Part shown: one piece after another, positions 18,097 to 28,231 of the stretch | Layout of the letters: each line of letters opens with the position of its first letter | Numbering within the stretch: the first letter of the stretch is position 1 | Assembly: GCA_001465015.1 (NCBI GenBank) | Contig: LNEO01000113.1 | Coordinates: 736 to 64,735 of the forward strand | Source: Deltaproteobacteria bacterium Ga0077539 | GTDB lineage: Bacteria > Myxococcota_A > Polyangia > Polyangiales > Ga0077539 | Direction: 5' to 3' | Length of the DNA stretch: 64,000 nt | The notes under the pieces: generated by a model | Databases searched by the model: none | Told to the model about the DNA's origin: nothing | The model's input: the letters and a program-made list of their open reading frames with translations, nothing else | Position numbers and translations under genes: made by a program

Positions 18097-19764
18097 TCAC
18101 TGGACGTCGATGAACCCAACCGCGTTGCCGCCGGGTCGCGCGAGGACGCCGCCGAGACAGCCGTTCTCCCAGGACCATCGCTCTCGGATGTAGTAGCGGC
18201 CAGGGCGCATCGGGGCGGTCAGCATGCGGGTGCGAGCTGCGAATCGCCCTGGAAAATTCGTGCCGAACGCGTAGTTCTCACAGACCAACGACTCGTAGTT
18301 CTGGGCGTTGTCCGACTCGATCGACACGTTCGCTTGGACGATGCAGCCTGGACACGCGCCGCTGAAATCCGAGGTCCACCACTGGTGGTTGTAGTTGAGC
18401 GTGTATCGATCGCCGGGACGAAGCCTGGCGACGGGGCCGCGGCTGTTGATGCTCACGCGATCGACGATCGTTCCGACGTCGCGGATCGGTGACGGTGGAA
18501 GCACGACGTTAACCCGACGGGAGTGCACCACTCGCTCGCGTCCGAGCGGCATGCCGTAGTCCGCGATCCATCGAAGGATCGGACACCCGACAGACCCGAC
18601 GGTGACGAACGCCGCGTTGATGGCAGACATTGTCCCGTTGACGCCTGGAGTCGAGGGGACCTGGCCGTTGCACGTGAACAGGATCGTCGCAGGAATCACG
18701 GCTCCGATGCTCACGTCGATCGCGCGGTAGGCGTTGATCGTTCGCTCGAACGGCTCGTCGATGCCGAGCGAAGCGTAGCTCCTCGGCGGCTCGAAGTACG
18801 TGCAGGTGCCGCTGACGCACAGCTCTGTCGATGTGCACGCGCGGCCCGCGTTGGCGGCCATACAGTCTATTCGTGCGCCGCAGAACTGGCGATTGGTGTT
18901 GGGGTCGATGCAGTTGCCGCCGCAGAGGACGGCGCCCGTTCCGCAGGTCGTTCCGCAGGTGCCGCCGACGCAGATTTCTCCCATTGGGCACGACTGTCCG
19001 GCGTTGGCAGTCATGCAATCCATCCGCGCGCCGCAAAACTGGCGATTGGTGTTGGGGTCGATACAAGTGCCGCCGCAGAGGATGAAGCCCGTCGGACAGC
19101 GGCAGGTGCCCGCGGTGCAAACCTGTCCGGACGCACACGCCCTGCCGCGGGTCATCGCCGTCGCCGAGCACATCCCCGAGGCGCCGCAGAACGCAGGGCT
19201 GGTCTGGGGGTCGATGCAGTTGCCGTCACACGCGATCTGCCCGGGCGGACACACGAACGCGCACGATCCCATGACGCAGCTCTCGCCCCCCATGCACGCG
19301 CGGCCGGCGTTTGCGCCAGAGCAGTTTCCGCTCGCGCCGCAGAAGTCCGGGTTGGTGTTGGGGTCGATGCAGCGGTTTCTGCACGCGACGAGTCCCACGG
19401 AGCAGGTGAACACGCACGAGCCGGCCTGGCACGTCTCGTCCGGCGCGCACTCGCGATCGCAGCGGCCGCAGCGCAGTCGATCCGTGAGGATGTTGACGCA
19501 TTGGCCGTCACAGAGCCGCATCGCTGAGCCGGCGCCCACCTCGCACTGGTTGACGTCGGTGACAGAGACGTCCACGACGTCGGGCACCTCGGGGACGTCC
19601 GGCGTCACGTTGGTGTCCATGGTCTCCGCGTCCGACGAGCGAACGTCGAGCAGGGCGAGGTCTTCGGTACGCGGCCGCGAGCAGGCGCTCGCGACAAGAA
19701 CCGCACACAGAATCAAGAGCGCTCGCGGCGGGCTCGCGATCGCAGCTCGGGGCCGAAACGTCAT
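18097..19764 (-). CDS. Paralogous Cys-rich repeat lipoprotein
   Basis: Lipobox VLVASAC; same repeats (CIDPNTNRQFCGAR twice); shares RW.ADYG.PLGRE and APM.PGRY.IR with the neighbour. Confidence 0.85.
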   Translation of the reverse strand: MTFRPRAAIASPPRALLILCAVLVASACSRPRTEDLALLDVRSSDAETMDTNVTPDVPEVPDVVDVSVTDVNQCEVGAGSAMRLCDGQCVNILTDRLRCGRCDRECAPDETCQAGSCVFTCSVGLVACRNRCIDPNTNPDFCGASGNCSGANAGRACMGGESCVMGSCAFVCPPGQIACDGNCIDPQTSPAFCGASGMCSATAMTRGRACASGQVCTAGTCRCPTGFILCGGTCIDPNTNRQFCGARMDCMTANAGQSCPMGEICVGGTCGTTCGTGAVLCGGNCIDPNTNRQFCGARIDCMAANAGRACTSTELCVSGTCTYFEPPRSYASLGIDEPFERTINAYRAIDVSIGAVIPATILFTCNGQVPSTPGVNGTMSAINAAFVTVGSVGCPILRWIADYGMPLGRERVVHSRRVNVVLPPSPIRDVGTIVDRVSINSRGPVARLRPGDRYTLNYNHQWWTSDFSGACPGCIVQANVSIESDNAQNYESLVCENYAFGTNFPGRFAARTRMLTAPMRPGRYYIRERWSWENGCLGGVLARPGGNAVGFIDVQ

Positions 19765-19823
19765 GCGTTGCCTCGTCGAATCGAAGGGTATGAAAGGAGA
19801 AGGTTTCGAGCTCGAGCGGACTC

Positions 19824-20933
19824 TCAAAAAGTGCCGAAGCATTGCGCTCCAACGAGCCCGAGAGAAGGCGTGCAGCTGAGGGTCGCGGTGGCGGGCGCCT
19901 GCGGGGCGCTCTGCTCGGCGCGCGGCGCGCGATGGGTGAATCGGATGACGAGACCCGAGGCCACGCCCGCGACGCCGAGGGCGTATCCCGTGACGGCGAG
20001 GCCGAAGCCCGCCCACGACTCGCTGAGCACCGCGCCGCAGCGATCGCTTCGGCGCGGGTACGTCGCGGTCGAGAAGAAGCATCCCTCCTCGAAGCCGCCG
20101 TCGGCGCGGGGGATCACGTTGCTGTTGTAGAGCGCGACCCGGTTCTGCCAGTAGCCGTGGCCTATCGCGCCGACCACGAGCATTCCCGCGCCCGCGCCGA
20201 TGAGCGCCCAGCTCGACGCTGGCGCTGGCGGATCGGGAGGCGTCACGGGACCGACGGGACCCTGTCGACGGCCGTTGCCGCGCGCCGTGATGGTGGGTTC
20301 GGGGTCCTCTACGGTGATCTCGACCAGCGTGAACGACTCGCGATAGCTGCGGCCGCCTTCGACGTCGATCGCTCGGCGCGCGGTGCGGTAGCCCTCGCGA
20401 CGCACTTCAATGGCGACCGTGCCTGCTTCGACGCGCAACGGCTGGGCGAGGGGAAACGCGCCCACTTCGCGGCCATTGGCGAAGAGCCGCGCGCCCGCGG
20501 TCGAGCACGTGAGCTCGATCGTCGCGATGCGCGCGGCGATGGCGTTGAGGGCGGCCTCGAGCGCCCCTGTGTTGCGCTGAATCCAGGTGTCATCTCGGGC
20601 CGACAACGCGGCGCGAAGGTCTCGATCCGCGTCGACCCACTGGCCGAGCGCCTGCTCGGCGAGCGCGATCTGCGCCTGAATTCTGGGCGACGGCGCGATC
20701 TCGAACGCGCGGCGAAAGCTCTCGAGCGCCGGTTGATCCTGCCCCGCGCGCCGCTGGGCGACTCCTTGCTGGACGAGCGCCTCCGCTTCCTGCGAGCGAT
20801 CGGGCGGCGGCGAAACCGGAGCTTGCGGCGCAGACTGCGCATGCGCGCTCGGGGCCTGAAGCAAGGCAGCTGCTGCGCACAGCGCGAAGGGAAGGGTTGC
20901 TGACGATGAAATGACGCGCACGGCGTGGGTCAT
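19824..20933 (-). CDS. Secreted TPR + PEGA domain protein with C-terminal hydrophobic segments
   Basis: Signal peptide ending AHA-Q; TPR-like AEALVQQG...ALESFRRAFEI; PEGA GARLFANGREVG.FPL..PLRVEAG.VAIEVRREGY; two C-terminal hydrophobic helices. Confidence 0.85.
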   Translation of the reverse strand: MTHAVRVISSSATLPFALCAAAALLQAPSAHAQSAPQAPVSPPPDRSQEAEALVQQGVAQRRAGQDQPALESFRRAFEIAPSPRIQAQIALAEQALGQWVDADRDLRAALSARDDTWIQRNTGALEAALNAIAARIATIELTCSTAGARLFANGREVGAFPLAQPLRVEAGTVAIEVRREGYRTARRAIDVEGGRSYRESFTLVEITVEDPEPTITARGNGRRQGPVGPVTPPDPPAPASSWALIGAGAGMLVVGAIGHGYWQNRVALYNSNVIPRADGGFEEGCFFSTATYPRRSDRCGAVLSESWAGFGLAVTGYALGVAGVASGLVIRFTHRAPRAEQSAPQAPATATLSCTPSLGLVGAQCFGTF

Positions 20934-21022
20934 TAGGACAGAAAACATAGAAAAAAGCCAACGGATCGACCCAACAGCCGATCGGCCCGCGCATGACCCT
21001 AACGTCGCGACCCTTCGGTCAA

Positions 21023-22624
21023 TCAGCGCAGACGCGCGTCGACGCCGCGCTTGATCACCGTGTCCCGCGATTGCGCCGCGTCGGTGTCTGGGTAGTCGAG
21101 GGTGTAGTGAATTCCACGCGACTCTCGGCGCGCCAGCGCGCAGTCGACCATGAGTCGGGCGACCGTGACGATGTTGCGCAGCTCGAGCAGGTCGGCGGTG
21201 ACGAAATACTTCCAGTAGTAGTCGCGGATCTCTTCGTCGAGCAGCGCGAGCCGCCGCCGAGCCCGCTCGAGGCGCTTGTTGCTGCGGACGATGCCGACGT
21301 AGTTCCACATCAACCGGCGGATTTCGTCCCAGTTTTGCGAGACGACGACGGCCTCGTCCGAGGGGACCGCGTCGCCGGTCTGCCACTCGGGGATGTCCGG
21401 CCAGCTCTCGCTTCGATCGACGCTCTCGAGCGCGTGCGCAGCGCGATGTCCGTACACGACTCCCTCGAGCAGCGAGTTGCTCGCGAGCCGGTTTGCGCCG
21501 TGCAATCCCGTGCACGCGACTTCTCCGATCGCCCACAGGCCCGGCAACGACGTGCGCCCGTCGAGGTCCGTCGTCACTCCGCCGCACTGGTAGTGCGCCG
21601 CCGGAACGACCGGGATCGGCCCCGTCGTCATGTCGATCCCCCACCGCAAGCACTCTGCGTAGATGTTCGGAAACCGTGACCGAAGGTAGTCCGGCGAGCG
21701 CTCGGACATGTCGAGCCACACGCAGTCTTCACCGCTGCGCTTCATCTCGAAGTCGATCGCGCGGGCGACGATGTCGCGCGGGGCGAGGTCCGCTTGCGGG
21801 TGGTGGTTCTTCATGAATGCCGTCCCGTCGGCGAGGCGGAGCACGCCGCCCTCGCCGCGAAGCGCCTCGGAGATCAAGAAGTTCTTCGCCTGCGGGTGAT
21901 AGAGCGCAGTCGGGTGAAACTGCGTGAACTCCATGTTCGAGACCTCGGCGCCCGCGCGGTAGGCCATCGCGACGCCGTCGCCCGTCGCGACGTCCGGGTT
22001 GGATGTGTACAGGTAGACCTTTCCCGAGCCTCCCGTAGCGAGGACCGTCGCGCGCGCCAGGACCGTGTGGACCTTGCCCGCGCGCTTGTCGAGCACGTAC
22101 GCGCCGCCGCACACATCGGGGCCTCCGAAGCGCGAAAGCACGAGCAGGTCGATGGCCATGTGGTGCTCGAGGATCGTGATCCTCGGGTTCTTCTCAGCCG
22201 CTTCGAGCAGACCTCGTTCGACCTCGCGCCCGGTGATGTCTCCCGCGTGAATCACGCGCCGAGCCGAGTGTCCGCCCTCGCGCGTCAGGTCGAACGGCAG
22301 CCCGTTGTCCTCTTTGCTCTTGCTGAATTTCACGCCCACCGCGACGAGCTCGCGAATGCGCTCGGGCGCGTCGCGCACGACCATGTCGACGACCGTGGGG
22401 TGCGACAGATCTGCGCCGGCCACCATCGTGTCCTTCGCGTGCGCCTCGAACGTGTCGTTCGGGTCGAACACCGCCGAGATTCCACCCTGCGCCCATGTCG
22501 TGGCGGCGTCCGAGCGGGTTCGCTTGGTCACGATCAGCACGTCTCCGTGCTGCGCGGCCTTGAGCGCGAACGTCAGCCCGGCAATTCCGCTGCCGAGCAC
22601 CAGAAAGTCAGTGGTGTAACGCAT
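21023..22624 (-). CDS. nadB: L-aspartate oxidase
   Basis: DFLVLGSGIAGL, WAQGGI, REGGHSARR, TGDGVAMAYRAG, QFHPT, LISEALRGEG, AHYQCGG, GLHGANRLASNSLLE, ESRGIHY. Confidence 0.97.
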   Translation of the reverse strand: MRYTTDFLVLGSGIAGLTFALKAAQHGDVLIVTKRTRSDAATTWAQGGISAVFDPNDTFEAHAKDTMVAGADLSHPTVVDMVVRDAPERIRELVAVGVKFSKSKEDNGLPFDLTREGGHSARRVIHAGDITGREVERGLLEAAEKNPRITILEHHMAIDLLVLSRFGGPDVCGGAYVLDKRAGKVHTVLARATVLATGGSGKVYLYTSNPDVATGDGVAMAYRAGAEVSNMEFTQFHPTALYHPQAKNFLISEALRGEGGVLRLADGTAFMKNHHPQADLAPRDIVARAIDFEMKRSGEDCVWLDMSERSPDYLRSRFPNIYAECLRWGIDMTTGPIPVVPAAHYQCGGVTTDLDGRTSLPGLWAIGEVACTGLHGANRLASNSLLEGVVYGHRAAHALESVDRSESWPDIPEWQTGDAVPSDEAVVVSQNWDEIRRLMWNYVGIVRSNKRLERARRRLALLDEEIRDYYWKYFVTADLLELRNIVTVARLMVDCALARRESRGIHYTLDYPDTDAAQSRDTVIKRGVDARLR

Positions 22625-22719
22625 GGGCTTCGTGGACGCTGAGCCTACCTCTGTCCGAGGCAAGCCCGCCGTGGGAAGTTTGGCGCTCTGGCCCACGTTC
22701 ACTAAGATACGACTCGTTC

Positions 22720-23532
22720 ATGAAGCGTCCGTCCGTTCGAACTGCGTGGGTCCTGCTCGCCGCGGCCGTGGTCGCGTCGGCGTCCACCCGCGCAGGCGCG
22801 GACATTTTCGTAACGCGAAGGGCCGACGGGACGATTCACCTGTCCAACGTTCCGTCGCAGCGGTCCCCGGCGAGCGCGGTGGTCATTCGATCGCGAGAGG
22901 CTTCTGCGTCCCGTCGTTCGGCCTCGCCGGTCATCGCCTATGACGGAAGCAACACTCCGGTTGCTCAAGTGACGGCCCTCGGCGACGCCCAGGTCCGCTC
23001 GCTCTACCTCGCGACCGCGCGGGATTCGGGCCGGTATGCCCGCTACGACGCGCACATCCGCGAGGCCGCGCAGCTCTACCAGCTGCCCGAGGCGTTCATC
23101 CGCGCGGTGATCAAGCAAGAGAGCGATTTCAACCCGTACTCGGTGTCGAGCTCGGGCGCCTCGGGGCTCATGCAGCTCATGCCGCAGACCGCGCAGAGCA
23201 TGAGCGTTCGCGACGTGTTCGAACCGCGCCAGAATATCCTCGGCGGAACGCGGTTCCTCCGCGTCCTGGCCAACATGTTCAACGGCGACCTCGTGCTTAC
23301 GATCGCCGCGTACAACGCCGGCCCCAACGCGGTGATTCGGCACGCGGGCGTCCCGCCGTACGAGCAGACGCAGCACTACGTCCGCCAGGTGCTTCGGTAC
23401 TATTACCTCTTTCGCGCCGGGCAAATGCCTGGGCAATCGCAGCCCGATCCGGCAGCCGCCACGGGAGCGGCCCCACCGGCCGGCGGAGCGGCCGCCGCTT
23501 CGACCCCGGCGAACGCCGCGACCGTTCGGTGA
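22720..23532 (+). CDS. Lytic transglycosylase (SLT domain) with N-terminal DUF4124-like segment
   Basis: Signal peptide; ADIFV..ADGTIHLSNVP; AVIKQESDFNP, GASGLMQLMP, AYNAGPNAV. Confidence 0.92.
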   Translation: MKRPSVRTAWVLLAAAVVASASTRAGADIFVTRRADGTIHLSNVPSQRSPASAVVIRSREASASRRSASPVIAYDGSNTPVAQVTALGDAQVRSLYLATARDSGRYARYDAHIREAAQLYQLPEAFIRAVIKQESDFNPYSVSSSGASGLMQLMPQTAQSMSVRDVFEPRQNILGGTRFLRVLANMFNGDLVLTIAAYNAGPNAVIRHAGVPPYEQTQHYVRQVLRYYYLFRAGQMPGQSQPDPAAATGAAPPAGGAAAASTPANAATVR

Positions 23533-23541
23533 CCAGCGACG

Positions 23542-24237
23542 GTGTTTTCGGGGCGTTCTTCGCGGCGTGCGTTTGATGTACGCTCCTTCGCCGTGAAGGC
23601 CGCACGCAGCACACACGCCGCATGGTTCACTGCTTGTCTCGCGCTCGTCGCGGCGAGCATTTCGAACGTCTCCCCGTCTTTCGCTCAGGCGCGACCGCCG
23701 GCCAACGCTGGCGCCGACGCCGGCGCTCGCTCGGGCACGCGCACCGCGACGCCCGGACAACAATCGCTCATGCGTGGAATGACTGCGTACGCCTCCCGAG
23801 ACTGGGCCGCAGCGCTCAGCGCATTTCGCGAGGCTCAGCAGCACGCTGAGCAGCGCGTGCAGGCGCTCCTCGGCGCCGCGCACTGTCTGGCGCAGCAGGG
23901 CAACGCCGACGGCGCGCTCGCCGGCTTTCGAGAGGCGGCGACAGCCAGCACTCAGCCACAGGCGCAGCCCGCAGATCGCGCTCGCGCGCTGCAGTCGGTG
24001 GCCACGCAGCTCGAGGCGATGTCGCGCTGGCAAGAGGCGCTCGCGGCCTGGCAAGAGTGGGCGACGTACGCCGACGCGCATCCGACCGTGGCCAACCCGG
24101 CGATCGGTCGCCAGCGCGTGACGGCGATCCAAGCGCGCGACGAGCGCGAGCGGACCGAGTCGCAAGTGCGCACGCGAATCGAAGAGCGTCGCCGTCGCAA
24201 CGCGCAAAACCCGCAGCAGGGTGGCGCTCGCCCGTAG
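23542..24237 (+). CDS. Secreted TPR-like helical protein (start uncertain, possibly ~23593)
   Basis: Signal-like stretch ending SFA-Q; helical repeats GMTAYASRDWAAALSAFREA, AHCLAQQGNADGALAGFREA. Confidence 0.7.
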   Translation: MFSGRSSRRAFDVRSFAVKAARSTHAAWFTACLALVAASISNVSPSFAQARPPANAGADAGARSGTRTATPGQQSLMRGMTAYASRDWAAALSAFREAQQHAEQRVQALLGAAHCLAQQGNADGALAGFREAATASTQPQAQPADRARALQSVATQLEAMSRWQEALAAWQEWATYADAHPTVANPAIGRQRVTAIQARDERERTESQVRTRIEERRRRNAQNPQQGGARP

Positions 24238-24300
24238 CAGAGCGTCTCGCTCGCAACGCGCATCGAGCCCGCTCGCGACACGAGTCGCGCTCGGCGGCCG

Positions 24301-25347
24301 TCAGTTCAACTGTTCGGCCGGAAGCTGCACGTGCAGCGTCCATCCACGATCGCCGCGCTCGACTTCTGCGGTCCCGCCGAGCTGCGTGACGCGCCCCTTC
24401 ACCGGCCCAGCGGCCTTCTTGTGTCGCGCGCCGTCGTCGCTCGATCCGGGGTCGATGAGCTCGATGTGGACGCCGCCTCGACCGCGAAAGAGATTGACCT
24501 CGATCGCCCGCGGCTCTGCGTGCCGAATCGTCTGCTGCGCGGCCTCGAGGATGATCTTCACGAGGTTGCTGCGGAGCTTCTGCGAAGGCGGAGCGAGGCC
24601 CGTGACGTTGACGGTGACCGTCGCGCTGACGCCGCTCGTCTCGCTCACCGAAGACACCGTCTGGCGGACGCGCTCTGCGATGGCGTCCCAGCTCGTGGGC
24701 TCGTCGTCCTCCGATGCACGACGGGGCGATCGCGGCGGAGGTGGAAGAGAGTTGCGACGCTCGCGGCGCGGCGCGGGCTGCGCTTGCTGCGCGACGCGGG
24801 CGATCTCGTTGAGCACAGCGTCGCGCTCGGCGACGGCGCGCGCGGCGCGGCGCGAGAGGCCGACCACCATCACGAACGCGAGCATCGCGACGGACGCCAC
24901 GATTGCGACGGGCGCCACGGGGCCATTGTGGCTCATCGCCGCGCGAACGAGCGGGGCGAGGGCCGCGCTCGCGCCCGCGACGACCATCAGCGCGTCCGAC
25001 GGATCTCGCGCTGCGAGCACGAGCAGCCCCGCTGCGTGAATGGCGCTCTGCAACCCGAGCGGCGCGCTCGCGCCGCCCGACGCCGCAGCGCTCGCGACGA
25101 GAAACGATCCCCACGACAGCTCATCGATGAGTCCCCACGCGGCTCCGCGTCGCGCCCGAAAGAACGCGAGCGACGCGAGCGCGAACGAGACGATCACCAG
25201 CGCCGCCACGGGCCCGCGCGGGGGGCCGAGCCATGGCTCGCTCCGTGGGACGAGCCTCGCTACGACCACAGCCGCGAGCGATGCGAGGCTGAGGTCGACG
25301 AGCGGGGCGCGTGCGAGTCGTTGGCGTCGGAGGTCGTCTTCGGACAT
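24301..25347 (-). CDS. Membrane protein with a degenerate HATPase_c domain (histidine-kinase-like)
   Basis: About 5-6 TM helices; C-terminal LVKIILEAAQQTIRHA...IEVNL...IELIDPG...RVTQLGGTAEVERG.RGWTLHVQLP follows the NarX/DesK-type ATP-binding fold but lacks the N-box Asn and the G2 box. Confidence 0.7.
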   Translation of the reverse strand: MSEDDLRRQRLARAPLVDLSLASLAAVVVARLVPRSEPWLGPPRGPVAALVIVSFALASLAFFRARRGAAWGLIDELSWGSFLVASAAASGGASAPLGLQSAIHAAGLLVLAARDPSDALMVVAGASAALAPLVRAAMSHNGPVAPVAIVASVAMLAFVMVVGLSRRAARAVAERDAVLNEIARVAQQAQPAPRRERRNSLPPPPRSPRRASEDDEPTSWDAIAERVRQTVSSVSETSGVSATVTVNVTGLAPPSQKLRSNLVKIILEAAQQTIRHAEPRAIEVNLFRGRGGVHIELIDPGSSDDGARHKKAAGPVKGRVTQLGGTAEVERGDRGWTLHVQLPAEQLN

Positions 25348-25465
25348 CGGCCGGACCGTCGAAGGATGCGAGGCATGCTACCGCGAACGCGCGAATGGTC
25401 CAGCGTAGCCCGCGCGAACGGAGCCGTTCGCCGCGCCCGCTTCGGACGCCGTCCGCGCCGCGCGG

Positions 25466-26977
25466 TCAATCCGGCTGAAAATACCGGTTCTGCGTGTAGT
25501 CATTGTCGTAGAAGGTCACGCGCTGTCCGCGCAGGACGATTTGCCGCTCGAAGGTCCACGCCCCGAAGGTGTTGACCGCAACGGCGATCGCAAACGCGGC
25601 CAACCACAGGCGATTGATCCTGACGCCGTTGAGCGCGAGCAGCACGATCGCGAAGGCGGCTACGTCGTTGCTGAAGCGAAAGCCGAACTGAACCCAACCC
25701 GAGTTTTGGTAGAAGAGCAGCACGGTCAACACGGCGCCGGCGCTGGCTGCCAGAAAGAGCGTGTATCCGTGCGTTCCCCTTACGCGTAGCCGGACGAGCT
25801 CGAGGAAGTGCGGCGTGGTCACCCATACGGCGAGGCCGTGCAGTGACACGACGACGTAGGGAAAATCCCTGGTAAACCAAGGCGTCGACGCGAGGAAGAT
25901 GCCCAGGTTGCGGCCCAGGTAGTGGTAGTTGAACAGGCCCCAACGCTCGATGCGGCCTCGCCAGCCGATCTGGAGGTAGCGGTAGCCCGTCTCGTTCCAG
26001 TCGTCGAAGCGGAGGAAGTTGAGGTAGCGCGAGATGAAGACCGCGATCGCGACGGGGATCGCGAACTCGACGCACGCGCGGATGGCTTTGCTCTTGTCCG
26101 CGCCGGTCCAGAGCTCGATGAGCGACTGCGCCGGCTTGCCGTTGCTGCGATGGACGCGGAGCGCCTCGATCGCGAAGAACGGCGCCGCGAACGCCATGTT
26201 CGCGCGCGTGTGAATCGCCAGGCCGAGCAGCACGCCCGCGGCGATGGGGCTTCGCGCGTCGAGCGCGTACCAGAGGTAGCCGATCACCAGCGACGCGTTG
26301 ATGACGTGCGCGACGAACCAGACAGAGCCCTGGATGCTCGAGAAGAAGAACACCGTCCCGAACGCGAACAAGAGCGAGAAGAGGACGTTCTCCTTCCACG
26401 TGCGCTCGCTCTTCTTCTCCCGCGATAGCCGCGCGAGCAAGAGATAGAGCAGCGCCGGAGCGAGCGCTCCGAGCGCGATGTCCAGCCTGCGGTTCGCGAA
26501 GTCCCGCCCGAACAGGGCGACGGCGGGCATGTAGACCACCGCGGGAAAGCTCGGAAACGCGACGAACCACTTGTCGTTGTAGAACGCCCAGTCGTTGCCG
26601 CCCGCTCCCGGAGGACAGGTCCGCGCCCGAAGCGCTTCTGGCTGACAGCGCACGCTCAGCGTCCCGTGCAGATACGAGTCCGCGAGGTAGCTGAAGTGGT
26701 TGTCTGGTGAGTGCGTCGTGAGCCGTTCGGCCGCGAAAATGCCGTACACAACAAGGGCCAGCGCGAAGATCGCGAGCGCGACCTTCCACGGCAGGGGCTC
26801 GCCCGTCGGCGTCTTTGCGGGAGCCTTGTCGCGCTCTTCGCCAGCGTCGCTCGCCTTGGGAACTTCGCGCTCCGTTGCTTTCGCCGCGCCATCGGACGAG
26901 CGCTCGTCCGCGCCGCCCGCGTCAGCGCTCGTCGCGTCGCGCGCTGCAGGTTTCTCAGTTGATTCGCTCTCGGCCAT
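25466..26977 (-). CDS. Polytopic membrane protein, probable GT-C-fold glycosyltransferase
   Basis: About 10 TM segments; DNHFSYLADSYLHG, DWAFYNDKWFVAFP, GTVFFF, WFVAHV, GWVQFGFRFSND. Confidence 0.65.
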   Translation of the reverse strand: MAESESTEKPAARDATSADAGGADERSSDGAAKATEREVPKASDAGEERDKAPAKTPTGEPLPWKVALAIFALALVVYGIFAAERLTTHSPDNHFSYLADSYLHGTLSVRCQPEALRARTCPPGAGGNDWAFYNDKWFVAFPSFPAVVYMPAVALFGRDFANRRLDIALGALAPALLYLLLARLSREKKSERTWKENVLFSLLFAFGTVFFFSSIQGSVWFVAHVINASLVIGYLWYALDARSPIAAGVLLGLAIHTRANMAFAAPFFAIEALRVHRSNGKPAQSLIELWTGADKSKAIRACVEFAIPVAIAVFISRYLNFLRFDDWNETGYRYLQIGWRGRIERWGLFNYHYLGRNLGIFLASTPWFTRDFPYVVVSLHGLAVWVTTPHFLELVRLRVRGTHGYTLFLAASAGAVLTVLLFYQNSGWVQFGFRFSNDVAAFAIVLLALNGVRINRLWLAAFAIAVAVNTFGAWTFERQIVLRGQRVTFYDNDYTQNRYFQPD

Positions 26978-27114
26978 CCCGATCGATCCTGCGCGCTGTA
27001 TACCCGAAACTCTGCGATGGGCAGAGCGGCAACGGATTTACGGTTCGACCCCTCGGGCCAAAAATCGCCGCCACCCTCGACGCCATCGCGGACTTGCGGC
27101 ATCTCTCCGGCGAA

Positions 27115-28212
27115 ATGGCACTGTCCAACGAGATCGCGCGATCGGCGCTCGAGTCCCTGGTTGATCCCCTGTCGAACAAGACCCTCGGCGAGCTCCGCGC
27201 GGTCAAACGCGCGGACGTCGCCGGCTCGACGGTCCACGCCGAGGTCGAGCTGTTCTCCCACGCGTCGAGCGCTCGATCGGTGATCGAGCAGGGTGCGAAA
27301 GAGAAGCTCGGCTCGCTCGGCGCAGAGTCCGTCGAGATCACGTTTACGGCCAACGTGCGTACGCGGCAGGTGTCCGGCGAAGACCCGTGCCCCGAGGTCA
27401 AGAACATCATTCTGGTGATGTCCGGCAAGGGAGGCGTGGGCAAGAGCACCGTCGCGGCCAACCTCACGCTCGCGCTTCATCGCGCCGGGGCGCGCGTCGG
27501 GTTGCTCGACGCAGACATCTATGGCCCCAGCGTTCCCACGATGCTCGGGGTGCAAGGACGCCCGGTCAGCGCCGACGGAAAGATGATCGAGCCGCTCGAG
27601 CGCTTCGGCGTCAAGATCATGTCCATCGGGTTTTTGCTGGACGATCCGAAGACCGCGGTCGTTTGGCGCGGCCCGATGCTGCACGGCGCGCTTCAGCAGT
27701 TTTTGCGTGACGTCAACTGGGGCAAGCTCGACTACCTCGTTTTGGACCTTCCTCCGGGCACCGGAGACGTCGCGCTCACACTGTCACAGCAGGTGAAGGT
27801 CACAGGCGCGGTCATCGTGACGACGCCGCAAGAGGTCGCGCTCATCGACGTCTACAAGTCCATTTCGATGTGCCAGAAGCTCAGCATCCCGGTGTTGGGC
27901 GTGGTCGAGAACATGAGCTGGTTCATCGATCCTGCCGGCAACAAGCACGAGATCTTCGGCCGCGGGGGAGGGCAGAAGGCCGCAGAGCACGCCAAGGCTC
28001 CGTTGCTCGCGCAGATCCCGATGGACTCGCTCGTGCGCGAGTGGGGCGACAACGGAACGCCCGTCGTTCAAGCGCAGCCGAACTCGCCGATCGCCAAGGC
28101 CTTCAAGGACCTCGCCGAGACGCTCAGCGACAAGATCACGATGGAGCTCAACGCGGCCTACGGCGGAACCGCGCCGGCCGACGGCCCCAAGCGCCTGAAG
28201 ATTCTGCGGTGA
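27115..28212 (+). CDS. mrp: Mrp/NBP35 family Fe-S cluster carrier ATPase (ApbC)
   Basis: SGKGGVGKST, DADIYGPS, SIGFL, WRGPMLH, DLPPGTGD, VTTPQEVAL, GVVENMS. Confidence 0.95.
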   Translation: MALSNEIARSALESLVDPLSNKTLGELRAVKRADVAGSTVHAEVELFSHASSARSVIEQGAKEKLGSLGAESVEITFTANVRTRQVSGEDPCPEVKNIILVMSGKGGVGKSTVAANLTLALHRAGARVGLLDADIYGPSVPTMLGVQGRPVSADGKMIEPLERFGVKIMSIGFLLDDPKTAVVWRGPMLHGALQQFLRDVNWGKLDYLVLDLPPGTGDVALTLSQQVKVTGAVIVTTPQEVALIDVYKSISMCQKLSIPVLGVVENMSWFIDPAGNKHEIFGRGGGQKAAEHAKAPLLAQIPMDSLVREWGDNGTPVVQAQPNSPIAKAFKDLAETLSDKITMELNAAYGGTAPADGPKRLKILR

Positions 28213-28231
28213 TTCGCGGGATCGCGATCGC

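Noticed and set aside
16364-19764. Periodic repeats as a possible CRISPR array
   Set aside because: The 153-nt period is in frame within coding Cys-rich repeats; no unique spacers or cas genes.
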